NCBI GenBank assembly: GCA_031406795.1
Contig: JANOHV010000118.1
Coordinates: forward strand, 647-64,646
Length of the DNA stretch: 64,000 nucleotides
Direction: 5' to 3'
Origin: Candidatus Rokuibacteriota bacterium
Lineage (GTDB): Bacteria > JAUVQV01 > DATDCY01
Under the pieces are notes generated by a model, which was given only the letters and a program-made list of their open reading frames with translations, was not told the origin of the DNA and made no database searches. Within the stretch, counting starts at the first letter, position 1; each line of letters opens with the position of its first letter. Below are positions 1-11,292 of the stretch, piece by piece. A program made the translations under genes and the position numbers.

Positions 1-846
1 CACGGCGCCGTTGTTCACGTAGATCCAGGCCGCGGAAGTGTCGGTGATCGAGAGCAGGAACTTGCTGGTGGCCACCGAGACCTTGAGCGGGGCGCCCATC
101 ATCAGGTTGAGCACCGGCACATTGGCCCAGCCGGCGCCGAGCCCGAACATCCCGGCCATGAAGCCGATCAGGATGAAGGTCACCAGGCCCTGGGGGGTGC
201 GGTGGATCTTCCAGTCGATGTTCTGGCCCGTGGTGGCCTCGTGGTAGATGCCGTTGATCCGCAGCGCGGTCGACAGGGCGTCGGCTTTCGGCACGTTGGG
301 GAACTCGGACTTCTTCGCGATGAACATGATGAAGACGATCGCCAGGATCGTCGCGCCGAGCGCGGTCTGGATGACGTTCCCCGGCAGCGCGAGGCCGACC
401 ATCGCGCCGACGATGGCGCTGGAGGAGGCGATCAAAGCCACGGGGATCGAGAGGCGCAAATCCGCCATCCCCTTCTTCAGCAGACCGGGACCGGCGGCGA
501 GGGCGCCCGCGAGGGCGACGAGCAGCCCCGCGCCCCGGACGAAGTCCAGGTGAAAGGGGAAGAAGCCGCTGACGATCGGGACGTAGAGCACGCCGCCGCC
601 GACGCCGCCGAGGACCGCGACGACGCCGAGCGCGAAGCTCACGACGAAGAGCGAGAGCGGCCAGACCCACCAGGGCGTGGTGCTGGCCGCGGCCGCCGCC
701 GGGACCGCCGCCGCCGCGTCGGCGCCGTGCTCGGCGGCCAGGGCCGGCAGGGCCGCGGCGCAGAACAGCACCGCAAGAACCAGGGAAAGCGCCAGCCAGA
801 GGCGCCGGTCGAACAATGCCATGGAAACCGTCTTCGTGAGCATCAT
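1..846 (-). CDS. TauE/SafE (TSUP, DUF81) family anion permease, partial (3' end lies left of window)
   Basis: Not in the ORF track because there is no stop in the window. My minus-strand translation from ATG 846 (AGGGAG SD-like upstream) reads MMLTKTVSMALFDRRLWLALSLVLAVLF... It then shows glycine-rich TM repeats VLGGVGGGVLYVPIV and GMFGLGAGWANVPVLNLMMG, typical of TSUP permeases. The frame stays open to nt 1. Confidence 0.75.
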   Translation of the reverse strand, partial: MMLTKTVSMALFDRRLWLALSLVLAVLFCAAALPALAAEHGADAAAAVPAAAAASTTPWWVWPLSLFVVSFALGVVAVLGGVGGGVLYVPIVSGFFPFHLDFVRGAGLLVALAGALAAGPGLLKKGMADLRLSIPVALIASSSAIVGAMVGLALPGNVIQTALGATILAIVFIMFIAKKSEFPNVPKADALSTALRINGIYHEATTGQNIDWKIHRTPQGLVTFILIGFMAGMFGLGAGWANVPVLNLMMGAPLKVSVATSKFLLSITDTSAAWIYVNNGAV

Positions 847-856
847 CCGCTTCTCC

Positions 857-1315
857 CTACTCTTCCTTGTTGAAGATCTTTTTCGCATCGTCGATGTCGC
901 CGCCCTCGGCGAACGCGATGGCCGACATCACCCGTTCGACCTTTTCCTGAAAGGCCTCCTTGATCTTGCGCACCAGCAGGTCGATCTCGGCGGGCTTGCG
1001 CAGAAAGTCGAAGCCGCCGAGTTTGCGCGCCTCGGCCTCGTCCTGGTCGGTGCCGTGCCCGGTGAGGATGATCACCTGGATCTTCGGGCGGGTCTTCTTG
1101 ATCTCGCGCAGCACGTCGATCCCGTGCAGGCCCGGCATCTTGAGATCCAGCACGATGACGTCCGGCTCGGTCTTCTTGATGAACGCCAGCGCCTGCGTCC
1201 CGTCGAACACGGTATCGACGATGAGCTCCCGCAGGCGCAGCCGCTCGCCGAGCGTGGTGACGAACTCCACCTCGTCGTCCACGAGCAGCACTTTGATCTG
1301 TTTCTTTCCGAACAT
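857..1315 (-). CDS. Receiver-only response regulator with C-terminal AFAE-motif tail
   Basis: ORF 857..1390 trimmed to ATG 1315 (GGGAGG SD). Receiver signature KVLLVDDE / VIVLDLKMPG / VIILTGH / LRKP. No DNA-binding output; the tail is KVERVMSAIAFAEGGDIDDAKKIF. Confidence 0.85.
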   Translation of the reverse strand: MFGKKQIKVLLVDDEVEFVTTLGERLRLRELIVDTVFDGTQALAFIKKTEPDVIVLDLKMPGLHGIDVLREIKKTRPKIQVIILTGHGTDQDEAEARKLGGFDFLRKPAEIDLLVRKIKEAFQEKVERVMSAIAFAEGGDIDDAKKIFNKEE

Positions 1316-1410
1316 GGGCCCCTCCCTCGTCCAGCAGCCGGCAACGCTCGAAGCCGTCTCCGCCTGCCCTCCCTGAGGGCGTTTGCCCATCGAGAGTGGT
1401 TGATGGATCG

Positions 1411-2064
1411 TTAGTGAATCGCGGCCAGCCTGAGTGTCGGTCCGCCACCCCCTTGAAATAGCAATTCGGCCCCGAGTCGGCGGGCCAATTCGCGGTTGAT
1501 CAGCTCATCATCGTTTGCGGGCGCCGCGGCGCTTTCAAGGCGCTCGCCCGCCGGGTGCAGACTGAGGCGGATGCCGGCGCCGTCGCGCGCGGCCCTGAGA
1601 AGTACGCCGCCGCCGGCGCGCTGGCTTGCAGCGCACGCGACGAGCAGTCGGTGCGCGAGGCAGAGAAAGTAGGCCGGGTCGCCGCCGGCGCGCGGCAGAT
1701 TGCCGGCGACGTCGGCCACCAGACGCAGCGAATGCTGGCGCGCCCAGCGCTCGCTGAGCCCGAGGAGATCCCCGATCGCCGCGCCGGCATCGAAGCCTTC
1801 CCCGGCGGCCCCGAGCGCGCTGCCGAGCCTCGCGAGCGTCCCGACGATGTTCAGCGCCCGCCCGACCTGGTCGTCGAGGGAGCCGTGCGCCCGCGCGGTG
1901 CCCGCTGCGCCGCTCTTGCCGGCGCGCGCCAGGTCCTCCATCAGGCCGACCGTCTCGCGCATGACGGCCAGGCGGTTGTTGAGCTCGTGAACCGCGAGTC
2001 CGATGGTCGCGGCGGCGAACGCGCGCAGGGCGCGCTCGACCGAAGCGTCGTCAGCGGGCGGCAT
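1411..2064 (-). CDS. Degenerate histidine-kinase-like protein (DHp H-box kept, ATP-binding boxes eroded); possible Spo0B-like phosphotransferase
   Basis: 217-aa ORF with ATG 2064 and GGAGGA SD inside the upstream gene. H-box-like LAVHELNNRL is present. I could not find a recognisable N-box asparagine or G2 box in the C-terminal half. The start overlaps the upstream REC gene by 14 nt. Confidence 0.6.
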   Translation of the reverse strand: MPPADDASVERALRAFAAATIGLAVHELNNRLAVMRETVGLMEDLARAGKSGAAGTARAHGSLDDQVGRALNIVGTLARLGSALGAAGEGFDAGAAIGDLLGLSERWARQHSLRLVADVAGNLPRAGGDPAYFLCLAHRLLVACAASQRAGGGVLLRAARDGAGIRLSLHPAGERLESAAAPANDDELINRELARRLGAELLFQGGGGPTLRLAAIH

Positions 2065-2437
2065 GCGTCCTCCGTTTCGCCTGGGCGGCGTCGATCTTGG
2101 CGGTCAGCTCCGACATCACGACCGGTTTGAGCAGCAGGCCGAACGCGTCGAGCCGCACGCCCTCGATCTTCTCGGCCAGATCGAGGTGGCCGGAGAGCAG
2201 GATGATCTCGCCCTGCGGCAGCAGCTGCCGCAGCGTCATCAGCAGCTCGACGCCGCGGACACCGGGGAGGTTCAGATCGAGCAGGACGACATCGGGCGCC
2301 GACGCCGCCACGGCGGCGATCGCCTCCTCGGCGGTGAACGCGGCGCTCGCCTCGTAGCCGCGCAGGCCGAGCCGCTCGGTGAGCGTGGCGGCGAATTCCC
2401 GCTCGTCGTCGATCAGCAGCACCCTGGCTTTAGGCAC
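2051..2437 (-). CDS. Receiver-only (CheY/Spo0F-like) response regulator
   Basis: 128 aa, GTG start at 2437. Receiver signature RVLLIDDE / VVLLDLNLPG / IILLSGH / LLKP. It overlaps the kinase stop by 8 nt. Confidence 0.85.
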   Translation of the reverse strand: MPKARVLLIDDEREFAATLTERLGLRGYEASAAFTAEEAIAAVAASAPDVVLLDLNLPGVRGVELLMTLRQLLPQGEIILLSGHLDLAEKIEGVRLDAFGLLLKPVVMSELTAKIDAAQAKRRTHAAR

Positions 2438-3527
2438 TGGCGATCTCCTGCGTGACGTGCCGCACGGGCAGCTCCAGCGTAAAATTGGTCCCGACGCCCA
2501 CGGCGCTTTCGACGAGAATCCGCCCGCCGAGCTTCTTCATGATCCCGTGGGACACGAACAGGCCAAGACCGGTGCCCTTCCCCTTCTCCTTGGTCGTGAA
2601 GAACGGTTCGAAGAGGCGCTTGAGTTGGTCCGCGGGTATTCCCGGGCCGGTGTCGGCGATCACGACCTGGAGCCACCGCTGGTTCTTGGCGCGGGTCGTG
2701 AGGACGACCGTGCCGCCGGCGGGGAGGGCGTCGATCGCGTTCTTGACGATGTTGATCAGGACCTGTTCGAACTCGACGCGGTCGGTGTGCACGGTCGGCA
2801 GGCCCTCGGCGGGGCGGAGCTCGAAGGCCACACCCTTTGCGGCGCGGTCGGCCTCGAGGTACTCGCACACGCGGCGCACGACGTCATTGAGGTCGAGCGG
2901 CTCGACGGTGACTTCGACGCGCCGCGCGAACCCGAGCAGGCGGTGCGTGATCGTGCGGCAGCGCTTGACGCTGTCCGTAATCCCCTCGAGGAGCGCCCCG
3001 AAACGCTCACGGTGTTTGAAATCGCCGGAAACCTCGAGAAAGTCCTGAAGCAGACCGGCCTTTTCGTTGATGACCGCCAGCGGGTTGTTGATCTCGTGGG
3101 CGACTCCCGCGGCAACCCGTCCGAGAGAAGCGAGCTTCTCGACCTCGACGAGCTGCTCCTGTTTGTCGTGCAGGTTCTCGACGGCCAGCTCCAGCGAGAT
3201 CATGGTGTCCTTCAGGTTGTCGCGCATCTGGGTGAACGATGCGCTCAGCGAGGCGATTTCGGCATCGTGGGTGGGGCCGGGGGCGCTCGCGGAGAAATCG
3301 CCCTGCGCGACGCGGTGCATCGCCTCTTCGAGTTCGCGCAGGGGGGCGCTGATGCGGCGTGCGAGGTAGTGCGCGGCGGCGATCCCGGCCGCCAGCAGCA
3401 CGCCGAGGACGCCGGCGGCGGCGGAGGCCCCGGCCTGGCCGAGCCCCGCGGTGGCGATCACCCCGACGAGCGCGCCGCCGGCGAGCGCCAGCACGAAGCC
3501 GGCGAAGAAGCGCTGGTGGACACTCAC
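2430..3527 (-). CDS. Membrane HAMP sensor histidine kinase
   Basis: 365 aa, GTG start. N-terminal TM helices, HAMP-like PLRELEEAMHRVAQGDF, H-box AAGVAHEINNPL, N-box LINIVKNAIDA, G1 DTGPGI, G2 GKGTGLGL. Confidence 0.9.
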   Translation of the reverse strand: MSVHQRFFAGFVLALAGGALVGVIATAGLGQAGASAAAGVLGVLLAAGIAAAHYLARRISAPLRELEEAMHRVAQGDFSASAPGPTHDAEIASLSASFTQMRDNLKDTMISLELAVENLHDKQEQLVEVEKLASLGRVAAGVAHEINNPLAVINEKAGLLQDFLEVSGDFKHRERFGALLEGITDSVKRCRTITHRLLGFARRVEVTVEPLDLNDVVRRVCEYLEADRAAKGVAFELRPAEGLPTVHTDRVEFEQVLINIVKNAIDALPAGGTVVLTTRAKNQRWLQVVIADTGPGIPADQLKRLFEPFFTTKEKGKGTGLGLFVSHGIMKKLGGRILVESAVGVGTNFTLELPVRHVTQEIASA

Positions 3528-3531
3528 CGCG

Positions 3532-4011
3532 TTACCCCCCGAGGGCCGCGCGCGAACACTCTTGAAAGACCTCCTGCCACCGCACGACGCCGATGAGTTT
3601 CTTGCGGTCCTCGAGCACGGGGACCAGCTCCAGACCGTGCTCCACGATGATCCGGGCAGCGTCCGCGACGCTCGACCCGGGTTCGACGAATGCCGACGTG
3701 GGCCGCATGACCGTGGCGACCGGGGCTTCCGAGGCCGGTTTTTCCCCGGGTCGGTCCACCCGAGCAGCGGCGGTCGCCCCCCCGGCCCAGAGCGGCTCGA
3801 GCCCCTTCATGATTTCGCGCAGGTTGGCCATGCCGACGAGGTTGTACTTCTCGTCGAAGACCAGGACCACGAGCGGGTGCACGGGCTTCTCCTGGCCGAG
3901 CAGCGTGTTGCGGACGATCCCCGCGGCCTGGCGCAGCGTGAACCAGTAGGGGATGTGGGGGTATTCGAAAACGTCCACCATGATCTCACGGACCGTCGAT
4001 GGGGCTGTCAT
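3532..4011 (-). CDS. CBS-pair domain protein
   Basis: Long ORF 3532..4686 trimmed to ATG 4011 (GGAGGAG SD). 159 aa with two CBS-like units (VREIM...LVVLVFDEKYNLVGMANLREIM and VMRP...VEHGLELVPVLEDRKKLIGVV). Confidence 0.75.
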   Translation of the reverse strand: MTAPSTVREIMVDVFEYPHIPYWFTLRQAAGIVRNTLLGQEKPVHPLVVLVFDEKYNLVGMANLREIMKGLEPLWAGGATAAARVDRPGEKPASEAPVATVMRPTSAFVEPGSSVADAARIIVEHGLELVPVLEDRKKLIGVVRWQEVFQECSRAALGG

Positions 4012-4037
4012 TGGCTGGTCTCCTCCGCTGAGTCGGA

Positions 4038-4790
4038 TCACTTGCGCTCGAGCTCGATGACAAACCGGAATCGCTCCGGCCGCTTGAGGGATCGAGTGTA
4101 CATCACCTGCGCGTCGCCGGCGTAGAAGTACTGCTCCAGCAGCAGCGCCGGAGAGCCGGCGGCCAGGCCGAGGATCGCCGCCTCCTCCTCGCCGAGCGCG
4201 ACCACTTCGATGTAGTCGCGCACGCGGGTGACGCGGACCCCGCAGCGCTCTTCGAGCAGCTCGAGGATGGACTGTTTTTCGAGCTCCTCGGCGAGCAGCG
4301 CCGGGCAGACCGCATGCGGGAGATACGACTCCTGGAGCAGGACCGGCTCCTCGCCGACGAGCCGCACCCGCTTCAGGTAGATGATGTGCTTGTTCTCCGC
4401 AACGTCGAGCTTGAGCTCCAGTTCGTCGGTGAGCATCATGACTGTCTGGGCCAGCACGCGCGTCTCGAAGACGACGCCGGCTTCGAGCATGATCTCCTTG
4501 AAGCTCGTGAGCATCGAGAGGCCCTCGGGGATGACCCGCTTGCAGACGAACGTCCCCTTCCCCTGCTGGCGTCGCAGGTACCCCTCGCGCACGAGGTCGG
4601 CGACCGCGATCCTGACCGTGGCCTTGCTGACATCGAAGAGCCGGCAGAGCTCCTCCTCGGTCGGAATCTGGGAGTCGACGGCCCACTCCTGGCGTTCCAT
4701 CTTCCCTTTGAGGATGTTGTGGAGCTGGAGGTAGAGCTTCTGCGGGTTTTCCCGATCGATCTGGGTTCTCGTCGCCAGCGGCTCCGTCAT
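4038..4790 (-). CDS. GntR/HutC-family transcriptional regulator (wHTH + UTRA-like effector domain)
   Basis: 250 aa. The segment QIPTEEELCRLFDVSKATVRIAVADLVREGYLRRQQGKGTFV is a classic GntR wHTH. It is the first gene of a minus-strand operon and sits next to an AT-rich promoter region. Confidence 0.85.
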   Translation of the reverse strand: MTEPLATRTQIDRENPQKLYLQLHNILKGKMERQEWAVDSQIPTEEELCRLFDVSKATVRIAVADLVREGYLRRQQGKGTFVCKRVIPEGLSMLTSFKEIMLEAGVVFETRVLAQTVMMLTDELELKLDVAENKHIIYLKRVRLVGEEPVLLQESYLPHAVCPALLAEELEKQSILELLEERCGVRVTRVRDYIEVVALGEEEAAILGLAAGSPALLLEQYFYAGDAQVMYTRSLKRPERFRFVIELERK

Positions 4791-5004
4791 TTCACGGTCT
4801 CTCCTTTGCGCTCCTTATTGACTCGATAAGGATAGATCATCACCATTTCAGTTTGCAACACATTTTTCATTATAACCTTATGAACTCACAATCCAAGTCA
4901 TCATGTCAATAGAATGTATGTCTTTATTCATGATGATGATTAACACTACAGGGGGCCTATGTTAATAACACATTGAAAATATTGTGATAAACGCACAACG
5001 GTTC

Positions 5005-5030
5005 GTAGGGGCGGGGTTCATCCCCGCCCG
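5005..5030. repeat. REP-like GC hairpin GTAGGGGCGGGGTTCATCCCCGCCCG (copy 1)
   Basis: Perfect stem GGGGCGGGG / CCCCGCCCC with a 4-nt loop. An identical 26-mer recurs at 39284..39309, and variants occur at 7919..7943 and 8032..8059. Confidence 0.85.
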
Positions 5031-5179
5031 AGTTAAAGACAGTTCACCGTAAACGGCCGGCAGAAAATAAACCCTCTCCCCTACGAAAAACAACGGTCTG
5101 CGGTAACACAGGAAAGATTCGCTATAGTATTGACAGTCGGAGGAGATAAGGCTCGAGCCATTTCTCGAGAACAGGATGC

Positions 5180-5297
5180 GCGAAGGGGTGGCGCGGAGGG
5201 GAGGTCTCCGTCGGCGGAACGGAGTGAGTACCCGCTCGGGGGGCATAAACACGATGGAGGTCCGCAGCGTCAGGACCCCGCAGCCCGCACGGGACCG
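5180..5297 (+). repeat. 118-bp dispersed repeat R1, copy A
   Basis: Aligns base-for-base with 16695..16812 at a constant offset of 11515, with about 4 mismatches in the core. The 5' half also matches 43051..43104. Confidence 0.9.
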
Positions 5298-5340
5298 GTA
5301 AGTTCCCTTGAACAGGCCACAAGTTCTATAATCCCGGGAA

Positions 5341-7884
5341 ATGAAGAAGTTCACCGACCTCTTCCGGCGGAAGGAACCAGATAGTCCGCAAGACTCGGCG
5401 CAGGTCTACTTCCGGGCCAAGCTGGACGCGTTCCGGCGCCTGCTCGAGCAGAACAATGCCGTGCTCGCGGCGATGGCCGACCTCGAGGAGAAGCGCTCGG
5501 GGGAGTTTCTCTTCGATCGCGCCTACCTGACCACGTCGTTCGGGTCCCTCTCCGGCGGCGTGCGCCGGATGATCGAGAGCCTGCAGTCCCTCGCCGACGG
5601 GCGGTACCCCGGATTGGTCGACGCACACGCCGCAATCGACGCGAAGATCACGGCAGCGCTGCGCGGCCCGCGTATCGATGTCGAGGGTCCCTCCATTCTT
5701 CGTCTGGCGCAGATAACCGGGGAGACGGCGCACCTGGCCGGCGGCAAGATGGCGCACCTGTGCCGCCTCGCCGCCGATCTCGCGCTGCCGGTGCCCGAGG
5801 GGTTTGTCATCACCGCCGCCGCCTTCGCGCGCTTCATGTCCCACGCCGGCATCATGGAGCGGGTGCGCGAGCGTCTCGCCACGGTGCAGATCGACGCGCT
5901 GGCGGAGATCGAGCTGGCGAGCGCGGAGATTCGCGCGCTGATCGCGACGTCTCCGTTACCGTCCGATCTCTCGGCGGCGATCGGGGACGCGGTGGCGGAG
6001 CTTGCGGGCAGCGCGGGCGGCGCCGGGCTGGCGGTCCGCAGCAGCGCGGTCTGGGAGGATGGGGAGTTCAGCTTTGCCGGTCAGTACTCGAGCTGTCTCA
6101 ACGTTCCCGCCGCGGAGGTCGAGCGGCGCTACAAAGAGGTCGTGGGGAGTCTCTTCGCGCCGCGGGCGATCTTTTACTACCGGACCAAGGGGTTCGCGGA
6201 GGAGGAGATGGCGATGGCGGTCGGCGTAATGCGGATGGTCGAGGCCCGTGCCGGCGGGGTGCTCTACACGCGCGACCCGCTCGACCCGGTTCGCGAAGTC
6301 ATGGTGATCAGCGGCGTCTGGGGGCTTGGCACGAGTGTTGTCGACGGCGCGGCTCCCGCCGACGTCATCATCGTCGATCGCGCGTCGGGCGGGATTGTCG
6401 AACGCCGCATCGCGGAGAAGTTGTCCCGCGAGGTCCTGCTCGCGAGCGGCGGCGTGCACGGCGAGCCGGTGGGGGAGGGTGAACGCGGCGCGCCCTGTCT
6501 CACCGCGGCCCAGGCCGCCGAACTGGCGCATCACGGTGCGGTCCTCGAAGAGCACTTCGGCTGCCCGCAGGACGTCGAGTGGGCGTTGGGCAAGGAGGGC
6601 CGCCTCTGGATTCTGCAGTCGCGACCGCTGCAGCTGATGGCGGCTCCCGCACCCGCGGCCATGCCGCGGCGCGTGGCCGGACGGCGCATCCTGATCGACA
6701 AGGGAATCGTGGCCTGCAAGGGCGTTGCCGCCGGGCCGGTCGCGATCGTGCGCACCGACGTGGAGGCTGCGGCCTTCCCGGCCGGCGCGGTGCTCGTCGC
6801 GCGGACCACCGGGACCGGGCTGGCCGCGGCGCTCGCCCGTGCGGCGGCGCTCGTCACTGACGTCGGATCGGCCGCCGGCCACCTGGCGTCGCTGGCGCGG
6901 GAGTACCGCATCCCTGCGCTGCTCGACACCGGGACGGCGACCGCCGTGCTCGCCGCCGGCGCGGAAGTCACGGTGGATGCCTATCATGGCAACGTCTACG
7001 AGGGCCGCGTCGAGGAACTGCTGCGGCACGCGACGAAGCGCCGCGAGTTGCTCGAGGGGACGCCGCTGCTGCTGGCGCTCGGGCGGGGGCTCGAACACGT
7101 CACGCCGCTGCATCTGGTGGACCCGAAGGCGGAAGACTTCCGTCCCGAGAGCTGCCGCACCATCCACGACATCACGCGTTTCTGCCACGAAAAGGCGATG
7201 GCCGAGATGTTCGATCTGGCCGAGGGCCGCGGCGACGGCGGCGACGAGGCGATCGCGCTGCGCGCCGGCATCCCGGTGGCGATCCACCTGCTCGACATGG
7301 GCGGCGGACTGGGCAGCCACGAGAAGAAGGTCACCCCCGAGGCGGTCCTCTCGGTGCCGTTCATCGCCTTCCTCAGAGGGATGAAGGGGATGAGCTGGCC
7401 GGAGCCGCGCGCGATCGACGCCGGGGGCCTGCTCGGCATGATGGCGCACACGGCGACCATTCCCGAGGCCGAGCTGCGCGGCACCGCCGAAAAGAGCCTC
7501 GCGCTGATCGGCGCCAACTACATGAACTTCTCGATCCGCCTCGGCTACCACTTCTCGCAGGTCGAGGCCTGGGTCGGCGATCAGCTCAACGACAACTACA
7601 TCCGCTTCTTCTTCAAAGGCGGCGGCGCGGTGCACGACCGGCGGCTGCGCCGGGTGCGGCTGATCGGCGAGATCCTCGCGAAGATGGACTTTCGGGTGCA
7701 GGTCACCGACGACGTCGTGCGCGCGGTGGCCGCCAAGTACCGCCGGGAGGATCTGGAGCGCACGCTCGAGGCGATGGGGAAGCTCACGGCCTACACCAAG
7801 CAGCTGGACATGGCGATGTTCAACGATTCGGTCACGGACTGGTACCGCGAGGAGTTCGTGCGCGAGCACCTGGGAGGGGGCTGA
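5341..7884 (+). CDS. PEP/pyruvate-binding (pyruvate,water dikinase-like) protein without recognisable C-terminal PEP-utiliser TIM barrel
   Basis: 847 aa. ATP-grasp signature AVRSSAVWEDGEFSFAGQYSS, and a swivel phosphohistidine-like segment LVTDVGSAAGHLASLAREYRIPAL. I do not recognise the C-terminal ~330 aa. Confidence 0.8.
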   Translation: MKKFTDLFRRKEPDSPQDSAQVYFRAKLDAFRRLLEQNNAVLAAMADLEEKRSGEFLFDRAYLTTSFGSLSGGVRRMIESLQSLADGRYPGLVDAHAAIDAKITAALRGPRIDVEGPSILRLAQITGETAHLAGGKMAHLCRLAADLALPVPEGFVITAAAFARFMSHAGIMERVRERLATVQIDALAEIELASAEIRALIATSPLPSDLSAAIGDAVAELAGSAGGAGLAVRSSAVWEDGEFSFAGQYSSCLNVPAAEVERRYKEVVGSLFAPRAIFYYRTKGFAEEEMAMAVGVMRMVEARAGGVLYTRDPLDPVREVMVISGVWGLGTSVVDGAAPADVIIVDRASGGIVERRIAEKLSREVLLASGGVHGEPVGEGERGAPCLTAAQAAELAHHGAVLEEHFGCPQDVEWALGKEGRLWILQSRPLQLMAAPAPAAMPRRVAGRRILIDKGIVACKGVAAGPVAIVRTDVEAAAFPAGAVLVARTTGTGLAAALARAAALVTDVGSAAGHLASLAREYRIPALLDTGTATAVLAAGAEVTVDAYHGNVYEGRVEELLRHATKRRELLEGTPLLLALGRGLEHVTPLHLVDPKAEDFRPESCRTIHDITRFCHEKAMAEMFDLAEGRGDGGDEAIALRAGIPVAIHLLDMGGGLGSHEKKVTPEAVLSVPFIAFLRGMKGMSWPEPRAIDAGGLLGMMAHTATIPEAELRGTAEKSLALIGANYMNFSIRLGYHFSQVEAWVGDQLNDNYIRFFFKGGGAVHDRRLRRVRLIGEILAKMDFRVQVTDDVVRAVAAKYRREDLERTLEAMGKLTAYTKQLDMAMFNDSVTDWYREEFVREHLGGG

Positions 7885-7892
7885 CCCCCGCT

Positions 7893-8059
7893 CCGAAACG
7901 GAACCCGTTCAACATTTTGGGCGGGAATAAATCCCGCCCCTACAGCCCGCCCGTTTTCGGGAATAGTATCCGGATGCCGGTACAGCCGGGCCGTATCCGG
8001 GAACATTATCCGGATGCCGGGATCATGGGCTGTAGGGGAGGGCTTCACGCCCTCCCGCG
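7893..8059. repeat. Composite REP cluster (two GC hairpins, nested inverted repeat, three ATCCGG(A/G) boxes)
   Basis: CCGAAACGG (7893-7901) and CCGTTTTCGG (7951-7960) flank the hairpin GGGCGGGAATAAATCCCGCCCCTAC (7919-7943). TATCCGGATGCCGG occurs at 7967-7980 and 8007-8020. A second hairpin GTAGGGGAGGGCTTCACGCCCTCCCGCG lies at 8032-8059. Confidence 0.8.
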
Positions 8060-8093
8060 TGAAATTTCGACTATCTTCGGCTACTATTCGATC

Positions 8094-8828
8094 ATGACAA
8101 ATCGCAACGACACACCGCCACCCGCTTGCAGCAAGTGCAGCGCCGTATGGCAGAAGACCGGGACGACCAACTGCTGGAGCGGCGACCCGAAGAGCGCGCC
8201 GCCCCGGCCGCCGCGCTGCCCGGTGAACGCCAACGCCGCGATGATCGAAGGGGCGTTTTCGGCGTATCTCGGCGACGGCGACGACGCGCGCCTGGCGCAG
8301 GCCGCCGCGAAGGTCGAGGGGCTCTGCTACGAGAAGACCCCGGGGACCAGCACGGTGACCGCCCGCTGGACGCGCGTCGAGGACACCGTGGCGCTGGCGA
8401 AGATCATGGGCTGGCGCAAGATCGGCATCGCCACCTGCATCGGGCTGCTCGCCGAGACCGACGAGCTGGCGAAGATCCTCGTCGCGCAGGGGCTCGAGCC
8501 GCTTTCGGTCTGCTGCAAGACCGGCAGCATCGACAAGCTGCGGCTGGGGCTCGCCGAGCAGGAGAAGATCCGCCCCGGCACCTTCGAGCCGGCCTGCAAC
8601 CCGATCGCGCAGGCCGAGCTGTGCAACCGCGCCGGCACCGAGATGAACATCATCGTCGGCCTCTGCGTCGGCCACGACATGCTCTTCACCAAACACTCGC
8701 GGGCGCCGGTGACCACGCTGGTCTGCAAGGACCGCGTCACTGGCCACAACCCGGTTGCGGTGCTCTACGGGCAGAACTTCTACTACAAGCGGCTGCAGAA
8801 AGTGCCGCTGATCATCCCCGAGCCGTAG
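8094..8828 (+). CDS. DUF1847-family Cys-rich (metal-binding) protein
   Basis: ORF 7917..8828 trimmed to ATG 8094, because the 5' part is translated REP sequence. Motifs CIGLLAETDEL, CCKTGS, CNPIAQAELCN and GLCVGHDMLF...KDRVTGHNP match my memory of DUF1847. There is no clear SD. Confidence 0.65.
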   Translation: MTNRNDTPPPACSKCSAVWQKTGTTNCWSGDPKSAPPRPPRCPVNANAAMIEGAFSAYLGDGDDARLAQAAAKVEGLCYEKTPGTSTVTARWTRVEDTVALAKIMGWRKIGIATCIGLLAETDELAKILVAQGLEPLSVCCKTGSIDKLRLGLAEQEKIRPGTFEPACNPIAQAELCNRAGTEMNIIVGLCVGHDMLFTKHSRAPVTTLVCKDRVTGHNPVAVLYGQNFYYKRLQKVPLIIPEP

Positions 8829-8840
8829 CCGGGACCGCGG

Positions 8841-11150
<2,310 letters not shown>

Positions 11151-11292
11151 ATCTCCTCCGTGTCCCGATTGGTCAGCCCTGAGTTGCGCTCCGGCGGCGA
11201 GGAAGCGTGACGCCAGGTGCCCGGCCTCCCGCCAGTGCAATGCACGCGCCGATGGGATCAGTTTCCAACCGCCGGGTGCGGAAGTCAAGGAC

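Noticed and set aside
5180-5297. R1 copies as a diversity-generating retroelement template/variable pair.
   Set aside because: The differences are not adenine-specific, there is no reverse transcriptase gene in the window, and the copies are not at the 3' end of a variable-protein gene.
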